Assembly (NCBI GenBank): GCA_015486895.1
Contig: WFQT01000188.1
Coordinates: 1-40,972, forward strand
Source: Anaerolineae bacterium
Lineage (GTDB): Bacteria > Chloroflexota > Anaerolineae > JAADDB01
Length of the DNA stretch: 40,972 nucleotides
Direction: 5' to 3'
Within the stretch, counting starts at the first letter, position 1, and the number at the start of each line of letters is the position of its first letter. The notes under the pieces were generated by a model. The model was given only the letters and a program-made list of their open reading frames with translations. It ran no database searches and was not told where the DNA came from. This document shows, piece after piece, positions 26,944 to 36,412 of the stretch. The position numbers and the translations under genes were made by a program.

Positions 26944-28971
26944 GTGGCAGAGCTTATTGGTAAGACATTAGGACAATATCAGATTGTCGAGGAGGTCGAC
27001 CGTGGAGGAATGGCGGTAGTATACCGGGCCTATCAACCTTCGCTGCACCGCTATGTGGCTATCAAGGTGTTACCACCGCAATTGACCCTTGACACGACCT
27101 TTGTGCAGCGCTTTTTGCGAGAAGCGCGTGCCGCTGCCCAACTGGAGCATCCCAATATCGTTACCATCTACGACGTGGGCGAGCAAGAGGGTATCTATTA
27201 CATTGTTATGCCGGAGTTGAAGGGCGAATCGTTGCGCCGTTTGATCCGGCGTGAGGGAAAGTTGCCGTTAGCGCGTGTGGTTCACATTGTGAGCCAGATC
27301 GCGTCGGCGCTGGACTATGCCCACGCACACGGATTTGTGCATCGAGACATCAAGCCAGGGAATATCATTGTGGATGGGGATGACCATGCCACACTGACGG
27401 ACTTTGGGATCGTCAAGGCGGCGGAGGGTGCCCAACTGACTCGGTCTATGATGATGATAGGCACGCCGGAGTACATGTCGCCGGAGCAAGCCAAAGGAGA
27501 AAGGGTAGGGCCGGCGACGGATGTCTACTCACTGGGGATAACGACGTATGAGATGTTGGCGGGGAGAGTGCCATTCAAAGCGGATAGCGCGCCGGCACTC
27601 TTGCACAAGCAAGTATATGAGCGGCCGAGACCGGTTGGTGTTTATGCTACGGATTTGCCGTCGGGTGTAGCTGGGGTGTTGAGCAAAGCGTTGGCCAAGG
27701 ATCCGGTGCAGCGTTTCGAGAGCACGGGGGAGTTTGCGGAGGCGTTGCAGGATGCAGCGGCGGGCAAGCCATTTCATTGGGAGGAAGCGGAAGCGTCGAC
27801 GGTCGTCTACTCGCAGGAGACCCGTGGAGAGGATTTGAGAAAGTCGGGAGAGCGCATATCTCCGGTGCGGACGCTGACGGAGGCCGCCCGCCAATTAGAG
27901 GAAGCTGGCAATGTGGAAGGAGCACTGACCACCTATCGCCAGGCCCTGGAATTAGCCCGATCCGACCCGGCGCTGGCCTCCCTGGAGCGGAAGATTGCCC
28001 TCACCGTGCAGGATCTGGCGGAGCGGCAAGAGAGGGCAGAGGAAACGGTTCCTGTGCCGTCCCCCGCGCTTCCCAGGACGACTGCGGTTGAACATGCGGC
28101 GCGAACAGGTAGCGAAAGCCAGCGCAGGCAATTTGCTATAGTACTATTGGTATTCGTGAGCTTGTTGATCGTTAGCCTTGTGGGCGCACTGGCTGCGTTC
28201 GGTGTTATCTTACCACGAAGAAGTGCTCTCTTGCCTTCCCCCACTGTTGGAACGACTGAAACGGCGACAGTGCGTGCCTTCAGGGAATTGGCAACTATCC
28301 CAGCAAAGGTAGGGAGGCTTCCAATGACTACACCTACGCCGACTGTAACGCCGACCGCAACGGCGACAACGACACCAACTTTTACGCCTGTTCCTCCCAC
28401 AGCAACCGATACGCCTGTGCCACCGACGACAACTCCGACCTCAAGATGCCGGTTGGCTGTCGCCCGGCAATTTGCTGCTATTTGGGATTGGGACAAACTT
28501 GGCTGTGCGCTCGCTAAGACGGAGATCACGTGGTCAGCGTGGGAAGCTTTTGAGAGGGGATATATGTTTTGGCGCAGCGACATAGATAGGGTCTATGTTC
28601 TATACTCGGGAGCGAGTGACAACAAAACAGCCGGCCAATGGATGAAGTCTTCCCCTGATTGGGTGTGGCAGGGAGATAACCCAAATGGAATCGGACTTTC
28701 ACCTCCACCGGGGTTGCATGAACCAAAGCGAGGGTTTGGCTGGCTCTGGCGAACGCATTTGGGTGGACCAAATAGCAAGATAGGTTGGGCGCTGGCAGAA
28801 GAGCGAGGATTCTGTGCCGAGATACAGTCTTTCGAGCATGGTTTCCTTCTGCGGGGGGGAACTATACGTTCCTGTATTGACGAGAAAATCAATGAGCCAA
28901 GGACAACACACCCTGCCTTTACCTACATTTTGTTGACCGTGTATGGGGATGGGGAATGGCATCTACATTGA
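26944..28971 (+). CDS. Receptor-type Ser/Thr kinase with TPR-like insert, TM, Pro/Thr stalk and extracellular domain
   Basis: RGGMAVVY, VAIK, FLREA, HRDIKPGN, DFG, GTPEYMSPE; TM FAIVLLVFVSLLIVSLVGALAAFGVIL; ectodomain with LGCA..FERGYMFW..PKRGFGWLW..IGWA..FEHG motifs. Confidence 0.92.
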   Translation: MAELIGKTLGQYQIVEEVDRGGMAVVYRAYQPSLHRYVAIKVLPPQLTLDTTFVQRFLREARAAAQLEHPNIVTIYDVGEQEGIYYIVMPELKGESLRRLIRREGKLPLARVVHIVSQIASALDYAHAHGFVHRDIKPGNIIVDGDDHATLTDFGIVKAAEGAQLTRSMMMIGTPEYMSPEQAKGERVGPATDVYSLGITTYEMLAGRVPFKADSAPALLHKQVYERPRPVGVYATDLPSGVAGVLSKALAKDPVQRFESTGEFAEALQDAAAGKPFHWEEAEASTVVYSQETRGEDLRKSGERISPVRTLTEAARQLEEAGNVEGALTTYRQALELARSDPALASLERKIALTVQDLAERQERAEETVPVPSPALPRTTAVEHAARTGSESQRRQFAIVLLVFVSLLIVSLVGALAAFGVILPRRSALLPSPTVGTTETATVRAFRELATIPAKVGRLPMTTPTPTVTPTATATTTPTFTPVPPTATDTPVPPTTTPTSRCRLAVARQFAAIWDWDKLGCALAKTEITWSAWEAFERGYMFWRSDIDRVYVLYSGASDNKTAGQWMKSSPDWVWQGDNPNGIGLSPPPGLHEPKRGFGWLWRTHLGGPNSKIGWALAEERGFCAEIQSFEHGFLLRGGTIRSCIDEKINEPRTTHPAFTYILLTVYGDGEWHLH

Positions 28972-29151
28972 ATTTGGTAACCGTCATGGCTTTACCACCC
29001 GTCTTGTATAAGGCTATTTCATCTTATATAGAACGACTAACTTCATCTGTTTTAGATTTGCCCCTGGGTTGCGGAACAAGCATTGCAGTGGATAAATGTT
29101 GGCTTTTGTAAAAACGGATTTTGTCTCGGTATTCCTGCCAAGGAGGGAAAC

Positions 29152-30711
29152 GTGCGTGATGATACTACCCTGAGGATAGAAGTAGCTGGATACCAGATTT
29201 TGGAAGAAATCGGCCGCGGTGGCATGGCGGTTGTCTATAAAGCGCTACAAGTAAGCTTGGGACGCGAGGTTGTGCTAAAAGTATTGTTGCCAAATCTTGC
29301 TGCCGATGAGGAATTGGTACAGCGTTTCCAGCGAGAAGCAAAAGCTGCTGCCGCGCTTAAGCACCCTAATATCGTTACGATTTACGATGTGGGGCATGAC
29401 GAAGATTACTACTACATTGCCATGGAATACATCAAAGGTTATTCTTTACAATCCTATTTGCAACGCCAGGAGAAGCTTGATTCAGGGGAGGCTTTGCACA
29501 TTTTGCGCGACATCGCCTTTGCTTTGGACTACGCACACGATCATGGCTTTGTGCACCGCGATGTCAAGCCAAGTAACGTTCTGATAGAGGCAGAGACAGG
29601 TCGTGCTGTTTTGACAGATTTCGGTGTGGTAAAAGCTATCAGCGATGCAACACGACGTCTAACGCACACGGGCGCATTCATTGGCACCGTTCATTATGCT
29701 GCGCCGGAGCAGATACAGGGACATGAAATTGACCAGCGCGCTGATCTTTACGCTTTGGGCGTCATGGCATATGAGATGTTAAGTGGGCATTTGCCCTTCG
29801 AGGGCAATACGTTAACTGTTATGCATGCCCAGGTTTATGAGCAACCTCCCCACGCTACGGAATATAATCCTGAGCTATCACCTCAAACGGATAGCATCTT
29901 GCAGCGCTCCTTGGCTAAAGCCCCCGGGGATCGTTTTGAAAGTGCAGCAGCCTTTGTGGAAGCGCTACAGAACGCGTTTGCTCAACCTTTTTCCGCTCCT
30001 TCTGTTCCTAAGAAGAAATGGCCAAAAAGGAAATGGTCGTTGAGGGAGGCATTCGTTGCGGCTGCAGTGCTATTCGTGGGGACAGTAGTGGCCGCTTTAG
30101 CAGGTGGCCTGATTCCACTACGGCCCGCTTTGCCTACTGCTACGGTTCCGGTTGTCATCACTCAGCCACCTGGGAGCACGCGAACAATGACGCTGACACC
30201 AACATCGAAAGCCTCATCGACATCCCAGGCTGTGGTAGTGAATCCTTCTCCTTCGCCGAGCACTACACTCGCACCTACGGACACGGCGACACCTACACTT
30301 ACTCCTACGCCTACTCTGACGAATACACCGACGGCTACGGCTACGCCCCGTCCGGAAGCAGTGGTGCAGGCAGCCACCTTGAATGTGCGTTCTGGCCCTG
30401 GCACTTTGTACCCGGTGATCGGCAAAGTGCATCAGGGGCAGATTCTTTTGATCAAGGGCAAGAATTCGGATGAAACGTGGTGGCAGATATGGCTGGAAAG
30501 TGGAGCACTCGGTTGGGTCTACAAGAGCCTGGTGGCGTCGCGTGGCGCTATAGCTGTTGTTCCTGTTGTGCGGAATATCCCCACACCACCGCCGACGGCA
30601 ACTGCCACTCCGACGTCCGTGCCGCCGACCAATACGCCTGTTCCGGTGCCACCGCCAACGCCTTTGTCGCCTTTGCCAACGCCCGTGCCCACCTGGACGC
30701 CAAGGCCGTAA
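29152..30711 (+). CDS. Receptor-type Ser/Thr kinase with TM, Pro/Thr stalk and SH3b domain
   Basis: GRGGMAVV, HRDVKPSN, DFG, GTVHYAAPE; LNVRSGPGTLYPVIG..WWQI..GWV; AAGGAGG RBS before GTG29152. Confidence 0.92.
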   Translation: MRDDTTLRIEVAGYQILEEIGRGGMAVVYKALQVSLGREVVLKVLLPNLAADEELVQRFQREAKAAAALKHPNIVTIYDVGHDEDYYYIAMEYIKGYSLQSYLQRQEKLDSGEALHILRDIAFALDYAHDHGFVHRDVKPSNVLIEAETGRAVLTDFGVVKAISDATRRLTHTGAFIGTVHYAAPEQIQGHEIDQRADLYALGVMAYEMLSGHLPFEGNTLTVMHAQVYEQPPHATEYNPELSPQTDSILQRSLAKAPGDRFESAAAFVEALQNAFAQPFSAPSVPKKKWPKRKWSLREAFVAAAVLFVGTVVAALAGGLIPLRPALPTATVPVVITQPPGSTRTMTLTPTSKASSTSQAVVVNPSPSPSTTLAPTDTATPTLTPTPTLTNTPTATATPRPEAVVQAATLNVRSGPGTLYPVIGKVHQGQILLIKGKNSDETWWQIWLESGALGWVYKSLVASRGAIAVVPVVRNIPTPPPTATATPTSVPPTNTPVPVPPPTPLSPLPTPVPTWTPRP

Positions 30712-30765
30712 GCCCATTCTTGCGTTTGTGTCTGGGGTGGGAAGTTGCGAAGGAGGAGATTCGAT

Positions 30766-33700
30766 ATGCCAAGACTGAACCGATGGTTCTTGATAGCACT
30801 GATGTTAGGCCTGTGGGTGACCGTTCTGTTTCATTGTGCCATGCCCGGGGAAGATCGAGCGGTGGCTGCGCCCGCTGTGCCAACGGGTGAGACAAGGTTG
30901 ACGTCCGATATGGGGACGCCGCTGCCTGGCCTCTTACCCCAATGGCCCGTCACGACAAATGGACGAGCACCTTTTATGCCGACGGCGGGGAAGATGCGTG
31001 GACAATCTACCGGCGCTCAGGTCAGCACGCCGTATCACTATTTTCTTTTTTCGATCGGCGCCCAGCCTCCGGTGGGGCAATTTGACTATCCCTGCGGCGT
31101 AGCCGTTGCTCCCGACGGCTCTATTTATGTGGTGGATAGCGGGAACAACCGCATCCAGCATTTCAGCGCCAACGGTACTTTCTTGGCTACATGGGGCTCC
31201 CTGGGTTCCAGCGATGGGAAGCTCGATCACCCTGCCGGAGTGGCTGTTGCTTCGGACGGCTCTGTCTACGTAGCCGATAGCGGGAACAACCGCATCCAGC
31301 ATTTCAGTGCCAATGGCGTGTTTTTGGGCGAATTCGGCTCGTATGGTTCCGGCGGCGGGCAATTAGAGCAGCCGGGTGGTATTGCCGTGGCTCCAAATGG
31401 GACGATCTATGTAGCAGACACTGGCAATCATCGCGTCCAGCATTTCAACGCTACCGGCGATTTCTTGGAGACATGGGGATATTATGGCTCCGGCAATGGG
31501 CAGTTCAATCATCCTGAGGGTATTGCTGCTGCTCCCGACGGCACTATTTACGTCGCAGACACTGACAACCACCGCGTTCAACGTTTCAGCGCCACAGGGA
31601 GCTTCTTGGGAAAATGGGGTGCCCGTGGTGCCAGCGATGGACAGTTCAACCACCCTCGGGATGTTACTGTGGCGCTCAACGGCAGCATTTACGTGGCAGA
31701 CAGTGATAACTTTCGAGTTCAACGCTTTAGTGCTGCCGGGGCTTTCTTAGGAAAGTGGGGATCTCGCGGCTCCGGCAATGGGCAATTTAGCCACCCACGT
31801 GGCATTGCTGCGGGGCCCGATGGCACAGTCTACGTGGCGGATAGTGATAATCACCGCATCCAGCGTTTCAGTGCTGTTGGAGCTTTCTTAGGAGAATGGG
31901 GGTATCAGAGTGCTGACGGTGGGCAGTTTGATCACCCGCGTGGGGTGGCCGTGGCACCCGATGGCACATTCTATGTGGCGGATACTTACAATCATCGTGT
32001 CCAGCATTTCAGCGTCAGCGGGGCTTTTCTGGGGATGTGGGGAAGTGGCGGTTCCAGCATTGGACAGTTAGACCACCCGCGCGGAGTTGCTGTAGCTCCC
32101 GATGGCACGGTATATGTGACGGATACCTACAACCACCGCATCCAACGTTTCAGCGCTACCGGGGTCTTCTTGGGAAAGTGGGGCTCTCATGGCTCCGGCA
32201 ATGGGCAGTTCAACTTGCCATTCGGTGTTGCAGTAGCTCCTGATGGCACAGTTTATGTGGCTGATACTTACAATCACAGCATCCAGCATTTCAACGCTAC
32301 AGGGGTCTTTTTAGGGAAGTGGGGATCCCGTGGTTCTGGCGCTGGACAGTTTGCCTATCCGGATGGTGTTGCTGTGGCGCCCGACGGCACAGTTTACGTG
32401 GCGGATACTAACAATAACCGCATCCAGCGTTTTAGCGCTACGGGGGCCTTCCTGGGGGAATGGGGATACTTTGGGATTGGTGATGGACAGTTTAATTATC
32501 CGGTTGGCATTGCTGGAGCTCCTGACGGCACAGTTTACGTGCTGGATACAAACAACCATCGGATCCAGCATTTCAGTGCCATCGGGCAGTTTCTTGGAAA
32601 ATGGGGCGCCGAAGGCGCTGGCGATAGGCAATTCTACTATCCAGATGGCGTTGCTGTAGCCCCCGATGGTAAACTCTACGTGGCGGATAGTGGGAACGAT
32701 CGCATTCAGGTTTTCGGTACAGCCTATCCCAATACCTGGCGCGGTGCATATTTCGCCAACCGCTGGCTTACCGGTGCGCCTGCTTTGATCCAACAAACGT
32801 CCGCCCTTGACTTCGACTGGGGATTTAATTCTCCGGGACATAGCGTGCCCACCAATGATTTCTCGGCGCGCTGGCAGCGCTATGTTTGGTTCGATAGTGG
32901 CACTTATCGCTTTGATATTAGCGTGGATGATGGGGCACGTGTTTGGGTAGATGATAATCTGATCATTGAATCGTGGCGAGATCCTCAAGTTGCTAACTTT
33001 TCTGCGACGGTGCACCTGCTGGCCGGTTACCATCGCATGCGCGTGGAATACTACGAAAGGTCCGGGGGGGCGCATTTCAGATTGACCTGGTCTGTGTTGG
33101 AGACGCCGACAGCGACACCCACGTCTACGTTGACGCCGACCCGCACACTGACGCCCGTTTGTGACTCTTACGAACCCAACGACACACCTGGTGATGCTTG
33201 GGGGCCATTACATTTCGGACAGACATATAGTGCCAAATTCTGTCGTGGTGATAATGACGATTTTTATTTCTTCAACGTGTCGCAGGTCTCTCCAATTAGA
33301 GTGCTTTTGCAGTTGCCGAGCAGTTTGGTGGGACACGTTGGCATGATATTGTACGACAGTGACTTTGATATAATTTGTCAAGCATTGCCGGTGAACGCAC
33401 AGGATTTTTGGCAAACATGTGATATTGGGAGGGTAGGGCGTTATCTGCTGCGGTTGTATCCGGAGACGGGGTATCACGACAATATCCAAACGTATGTGTT
33501 TCAGGTGGATCATGCCTCTCCTTCGCCTACTCCCACACCCACATTTACACCGACGCCGACAGCGACAGCAACGCCCACGGCGACGCCTACGCCCACGGCC
33601 ACGCCTGTTCTGCAGTTCGTTCCCTGGTTGCCGTATCATTACTTCGTCTGCGATGGTTATGAGCCAAACAATAACAGATATAAGAATCCTTGGGGGCCGC

Positions 33701-34011
33701 TCCACTCGGGGTGGCCGTACCGGGCTAAACTGTGTAAGGGCGATGAGGATAACTACTACTTTGACACGACAAGAGCGGAGGATGTGCAAATTCGTTTGCA
33801 ATTGTCAAGTCGTTTGATCGGTCATACTTCCATCTGGCTTTATGCACAGAGTGACTTGAGCAAGACCATTTGTGGAACAGGACCGGTCAAAGCGATAGAT
33901 TACAATGAGACCTGTCATGTTGCCCATGCCGGACGTTACGTCGTGCGCCTTTATACTGACGGCGTTGGAGACAATGTGCATTCGTATACTTTGCGGGCCG
34001 TTTACCGATGA
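30766..34011 (+). CDS. Secreted protein: 12 NHL repeats, PA14 domain and two CDxYEPN (PPC-like) domains
   Basis: Signal peptide; 12x F..P.GVAVAPDG..YVAD..N.RIQ.F; PA14 motifs DFDWG, FSARW, DDGARVWVD; AAGGAGG RBS before ATG30766. Confidence 0.9.
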   Translation: MPRLNRWFLIALMLGLWVTVLFHCAMPGEDRAVAAPAVPTGETRLTSDMGTPLPGLLPQWPVTTNGRAPFMPTAGKMRGQSTGAQVSTPYHYFLFSIGAQPPVGQFDYPCGVAVAPDGSIYVVDSGNNRIQHFSANGTFLATWGSLGSSDGKLDHPAGVAVASDGSVYVADSGNNRIQHFSANGVFLGEFGSYGSGGGQLEQPGGIAVAPNGTIYVADTGNHRVQHFNATGDFLETWGYYGSGNGQFNHPEGIAAAPDGTIYVADTDNHRVQRFSATGSFLGKWGARGASDGQFNHPRDVTVALNGSIYVADSDNFRVQRFSAAGAFLGKWGSRGSGNGQFSHPRGIAAGPDGTVYVADSDNHRIQRFSAVGAFLGEWGYQSADGGQFDHPRGVAVAPDGTFYVADTYNHRVQHFSVSGAFLGMWGSGGSSIGQLDHPRGVAVAPDGTVYVTDTYNHRIQRFSATGVFLGKWGSHGSGNGQFNLPFGVAVAPDGTVYVADTYNHSIQHFNATGVFLGKWGSRGSGAGQFAYPDGVAVAPDGTVYVADTNNNRIQRFSATGAFLGEWGYFGIGDGQFNYPVGIAGAPDGTVYVLDTNNHRIQHFSAIGQFLGKWGAEGAGDRQFYYPDGVAVAPDGKLYVADSGNDRIQVFGTAYPNTWRGAYFANRWLTGAPALIQQTSALDFDWGFNSPGHSVPTNDFSARWQRYVWFDSGTYRFDISVDDGARVWVDDNLIIESWRDPQVANFSATVHLLAGYHRMRVEYYERSGGAHFRLTWSVLETPTATPTSTLTPTRTLTPVCDSYEPNDTPGDAWGPLHFGQTYSAKFCRGDNDDFYFFNVSQVSPIRVLLQLPSSLVGHVGMILYDSDFDIICQALPVNAQDFWQTCDIGRVGRYLLRLYPETGYHDNIQTYVFQVDHASPSPTPTPTFTPTPTATATPTATPTPTATPVLQFVPWLPYHYFVCDGYEPNNNRYKNPWGPLHSGWPYRAKLCKGDEDNYYFDTTRAEDVQIRLQLSSRLIGHTSIWLYAQSDLSKTICGTGPVKAIDYNETCHVAHAGRYVVRLYTDGVGDNVHSYTLRAVYR
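31081..32715 (+). repeat. 12 tandem NHL repeats with 141-nt (47-aa) period
   Basis: First repeat FDYP at 31081, twelfth FYYP at 32632 = 31081 + 11x141. Confidence 0.92.
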
Positions 34012-34098
34012 TGTCGTTTTGCCGCAAATGGATAATCGATTTAACCCATAAACGAATTAAGGCGTGGGGCGTACAGCGAGAAATAGAAGGGGAGAGGC

Positions 34099-34428
34099 AT
34101 GAGGGACAAAAGCTTGATTGGCCAGACGCTGGATCGCTACCGCATCACAGAGATGCTCGGCAAAGGGGGGATGGCGGTAGTCTACAAAGCACATGACGAG
34201 CACCTGGATCGTGATGTCGCCATCAAACTCATCCGCAGCACTGCTTTCCCACCGGAGCAGTTGGATAATGTCCTGAAACGCTTCAAGCGTGAGACAAAAG
34301 CGCTGGCTAAGCTGTTCCATCCAAATATCGTCAGGGTATACGATTACGGCGAGAATCGGAGTGCACCCTTTTCCATGGTACTGCTAGAATTCTGTTGCGC
34401 CAATCAATGTTCTGTCATGAGGGGATAG
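34099..34428 (+). pseudogene. Truncated Ser/Thr kinase (N-lobe only)
   Basis: GKGGMAVVY, VAIK, FKRET, HPNIVRVYDYG, then similarity is lost before the hinge. No HRD or DFG; the next kinase starts at 34430. Confidence 0.85.
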
Positions 34429-34429
34429 G

Positions 34430-36412
34430 ATGAGAAAGTTAGGTGATTACCGCATTTTGCAGGAAATAGGCTCTGGCGGCATGGCAACCGTTTACCTGGC
34501 CACCGACAGCCGCACAGGACAGAAGGTGGCGCTAAAAGTATTACACGCCGATCTGGCTCAAAACTCGGTTGATGTGGCACGCTTCCGGCGCGAAGCAGAA
34601 GCGGCTATGCGTCTCCAGAACCCTCATATCGTCAAAGTTCTGGATTTTGGCCAGGCAGGCGATCGCTACTTCATTGCGATGGAGTTCGTGCAAGGATTGA
34701 CCATCGCACAGTTGATCAAGAAAAAGGGAAATTTGTCTGTTGAGCAGACTCTGGCTATCGCGTTGCAAGTTGCAGAAGCTCTCGCAGAAGCCGATCGACA
34801 TCACATCGTGCACAGGGATATCAAACCGCAAAATATTATGATCACGGATAGTGGTTTGGTCAAAGTAACTGATTTTGGGATTGCTAAGATTGTAGGGGAA
34901 GAAACGCTGACGCCGGATCGGTTTTTTGCGGGGAGTCCTCGTTATGCTGCACCGGAGCAGGCAGGAGGCAGCCATGTTGACATTCGGGCTGATATTTATG
35001 CCCTCGGCGTCTGCATGTACCAGATGCTGGCGGGCGTGGTGCCGTTCGACGCCGATACACCGTTGGCCATTATGCAACAGCATTTGGAGAAAGACCCAGG
35101 ACCGTTACACAATTATGCTGAAGTGCCGCGTGGTGTTGAGCAATTGGTCATGAAAGCTTTAGCTAAGGATCCAGCACAAAGATTTCAATCGCCGGCAGAA
35201 ATGGCGGGAGCGTTGAAGCAACTGCAGTTGAACGGTGGTGAACCATTGCCGGAGAGCGACGAAACCGTGGTCAGACAATTGCCTAATGTCCGGGAAACAA
35301 ACACGGCCATCGAACCAGAGGAGCAGCGTGAACAAAACGTTCCATCAAGATGGGCAGTAACGCACTTACCGTGGTGGCAGACGCCGCTTGTGAAATTTGT
35401 CATTGGTTCTTCCATTGTGGTTGCTATCCTTTTCTTGTGGCAACCGCCATTTGTTAGGGCGGCTGCGAAAGCCGTACAGAATCTGTTTGGGTCAATGCCA
35501 ACGGCTACGTTGACGCTTACACCGACCGTAACAACGCTTCCCGACAGGATAACATTGAGTTTGCGCGCTGCTGAAATGACACAGGTTACCGTTCAGGTTG
35601 ACGGAACGGACAAATTTGTTGGTGTCATGGCCAAAGGGGAAACGAAAACATGGCACGCACAGTATGTAGTCTCGGTTGAGTCCATTAATGGTGGCGCTCT
35701 ACAAGTGACATTGAACCGCGTGACGCTGGGTACATTAGACCCGGCGAACAGTTACATTAAGCGGACCTGGATATTCGAGAATGGAAAGGTAGTAGAGGCC
35801 CCTCCGGTCGTACCGACCTCGACGCTTACACCGACGCCTACAATAACGCCTCCGACCACGATGACACCTACACCAATACCGACACGGACACCGACGGTAA
35901 CATTTACATGTACGCCGAGTCCGACCGGCACGCCAAGCCCCGCGAACGCCCCACGACCTGTGAATACCCTGCAGTCGGCAAGTACGCCGAGGCCGGCGAA
36001 CACGCCGAGGCCGGCGAACACGCCGAGGCCGGCGAACACGCCGAGGCTGACGAACACGCCGCGGCCGACGAATACGCCAAGACCGACGAATACGCCGCGG
36101 CCAAGGCCAACACCTACGCATGCAGTGGCTAACGCACGTATCTTTGGACATTTCCGGGTAACGGAAGGTGGCCATACCCATGGTTTCACGAAAGGACGCA
36201 TCGAGTTATGGCATCAAAACCGGAAAGTGGGCAATACATCACCAGCCTGGGAGAATGGATATTTCGAGTTTAGTGGCCTGCCTGCCGGTAATTATCAAGT
36301 TATTGCCATTACTATCAAAGGCTATTACTTTGTGACGGGCAATGAACACGATGTTGACAATGTGGAAAGCGGTCACGCATACGGCCCACTGGATTTCGCC
36401 GTGAAGCCGTGA
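34430..36412 (+). CDS. Receptor-type Ser/Thr kinase with TM, RodZ C-terminal-like (DUF4115-like) domain, NTPRP repeats and terminal beta-sandwich
   Basis: GSGGMATV, VALK, FRREA, HRDIKPQN, DFG, YAAPE; LSLRA..QVTVQVDG..F.G.MAKGETKTW.A..V...NGGALQVTLN..LG.L; NGYFEFSGLPAGNYQV. Confidence 0.9.
   Translation: MRKLGDYRILQEIGSGGMATVYLATDSRTGQKVALKVLHADLAQNSVDVARFRREAEAAMRLQNPHIVKVLDFGQAGDRYFIAMEFVQGLTIAQLIKKKGNLSVEQTLAIALQVAEALAEADRHHIVHRDIKPQNIMITDSGLVKVTDFGIAKIVGEETLTPDRFFAGSPRYAAPEQAGGSHVDIRADIYALGVCMYQMLAGVVPFDADTPLAIMQQHLEKDPGPLHNYAEVPRGVEQLVMKALAKDPAQRFQSPAEMAGALKQLQLNGGEPLPESDETVVRQLPNVRETNTAIEPEEQREQNVPSRWAVTHLPWWQTPLVKFVIGSSIVVAILFLWQPPFVRAAAKAVQNLFGSMPTATLTLTPTVTTLPDRITLSLRAAEMTQVTVQVDGTDKFVGVMAKGETKTWHAQYVVSVESINGGALQVTLNRVTLGTLDPANSYIKRTWIFENGKVVEAPPVVPTSTLTPTPTITPPTTMTPTPIPTRTPTVTFTCTPSPTGTPSPANAPRPVNTLQSASTPRPANTPRPANTPRPANTPRLTNTPRPTNTPRPTNTPRPRPTPTHAVANARIFGHFRVTEGGHTHGFTKGRIELWHQNRKVGNTSPAWENGYFEFSGLPAGNYQVIAITIKGYYFVTGNEHDVDNVESGHAYGPLDFAVKP
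35981..36106 (+). repeat. Seven 18-bp tandem coding repeats, (N/S)TPR(P/L)(A/T/R)
   Basis: aacacgccgaggccggcg repeated with progressive degeneration. Confidence 0.9.

Noticed and set aside
27933-28583. Long antisense ORFs with VGVGV runs (also 26511, 30162, 33208, 35752, 32311)
   Set aside because: These are shadows of Pro/Thr linkers and NHL repeats on the coding strand.
31081-32715. Regular repeats considered as a CRISPR array or DGR
   Set aside because: They are in-frame 141-nt coding NHL repeats with no spacers, cas genes or reverse transcriptase.
34173-34184. GGCGGTAG resembling the RfaH ops element (also near 27012)
   Set aside because: Both simply encode the kinase MAVV motif and lack the downstream TG of ops.
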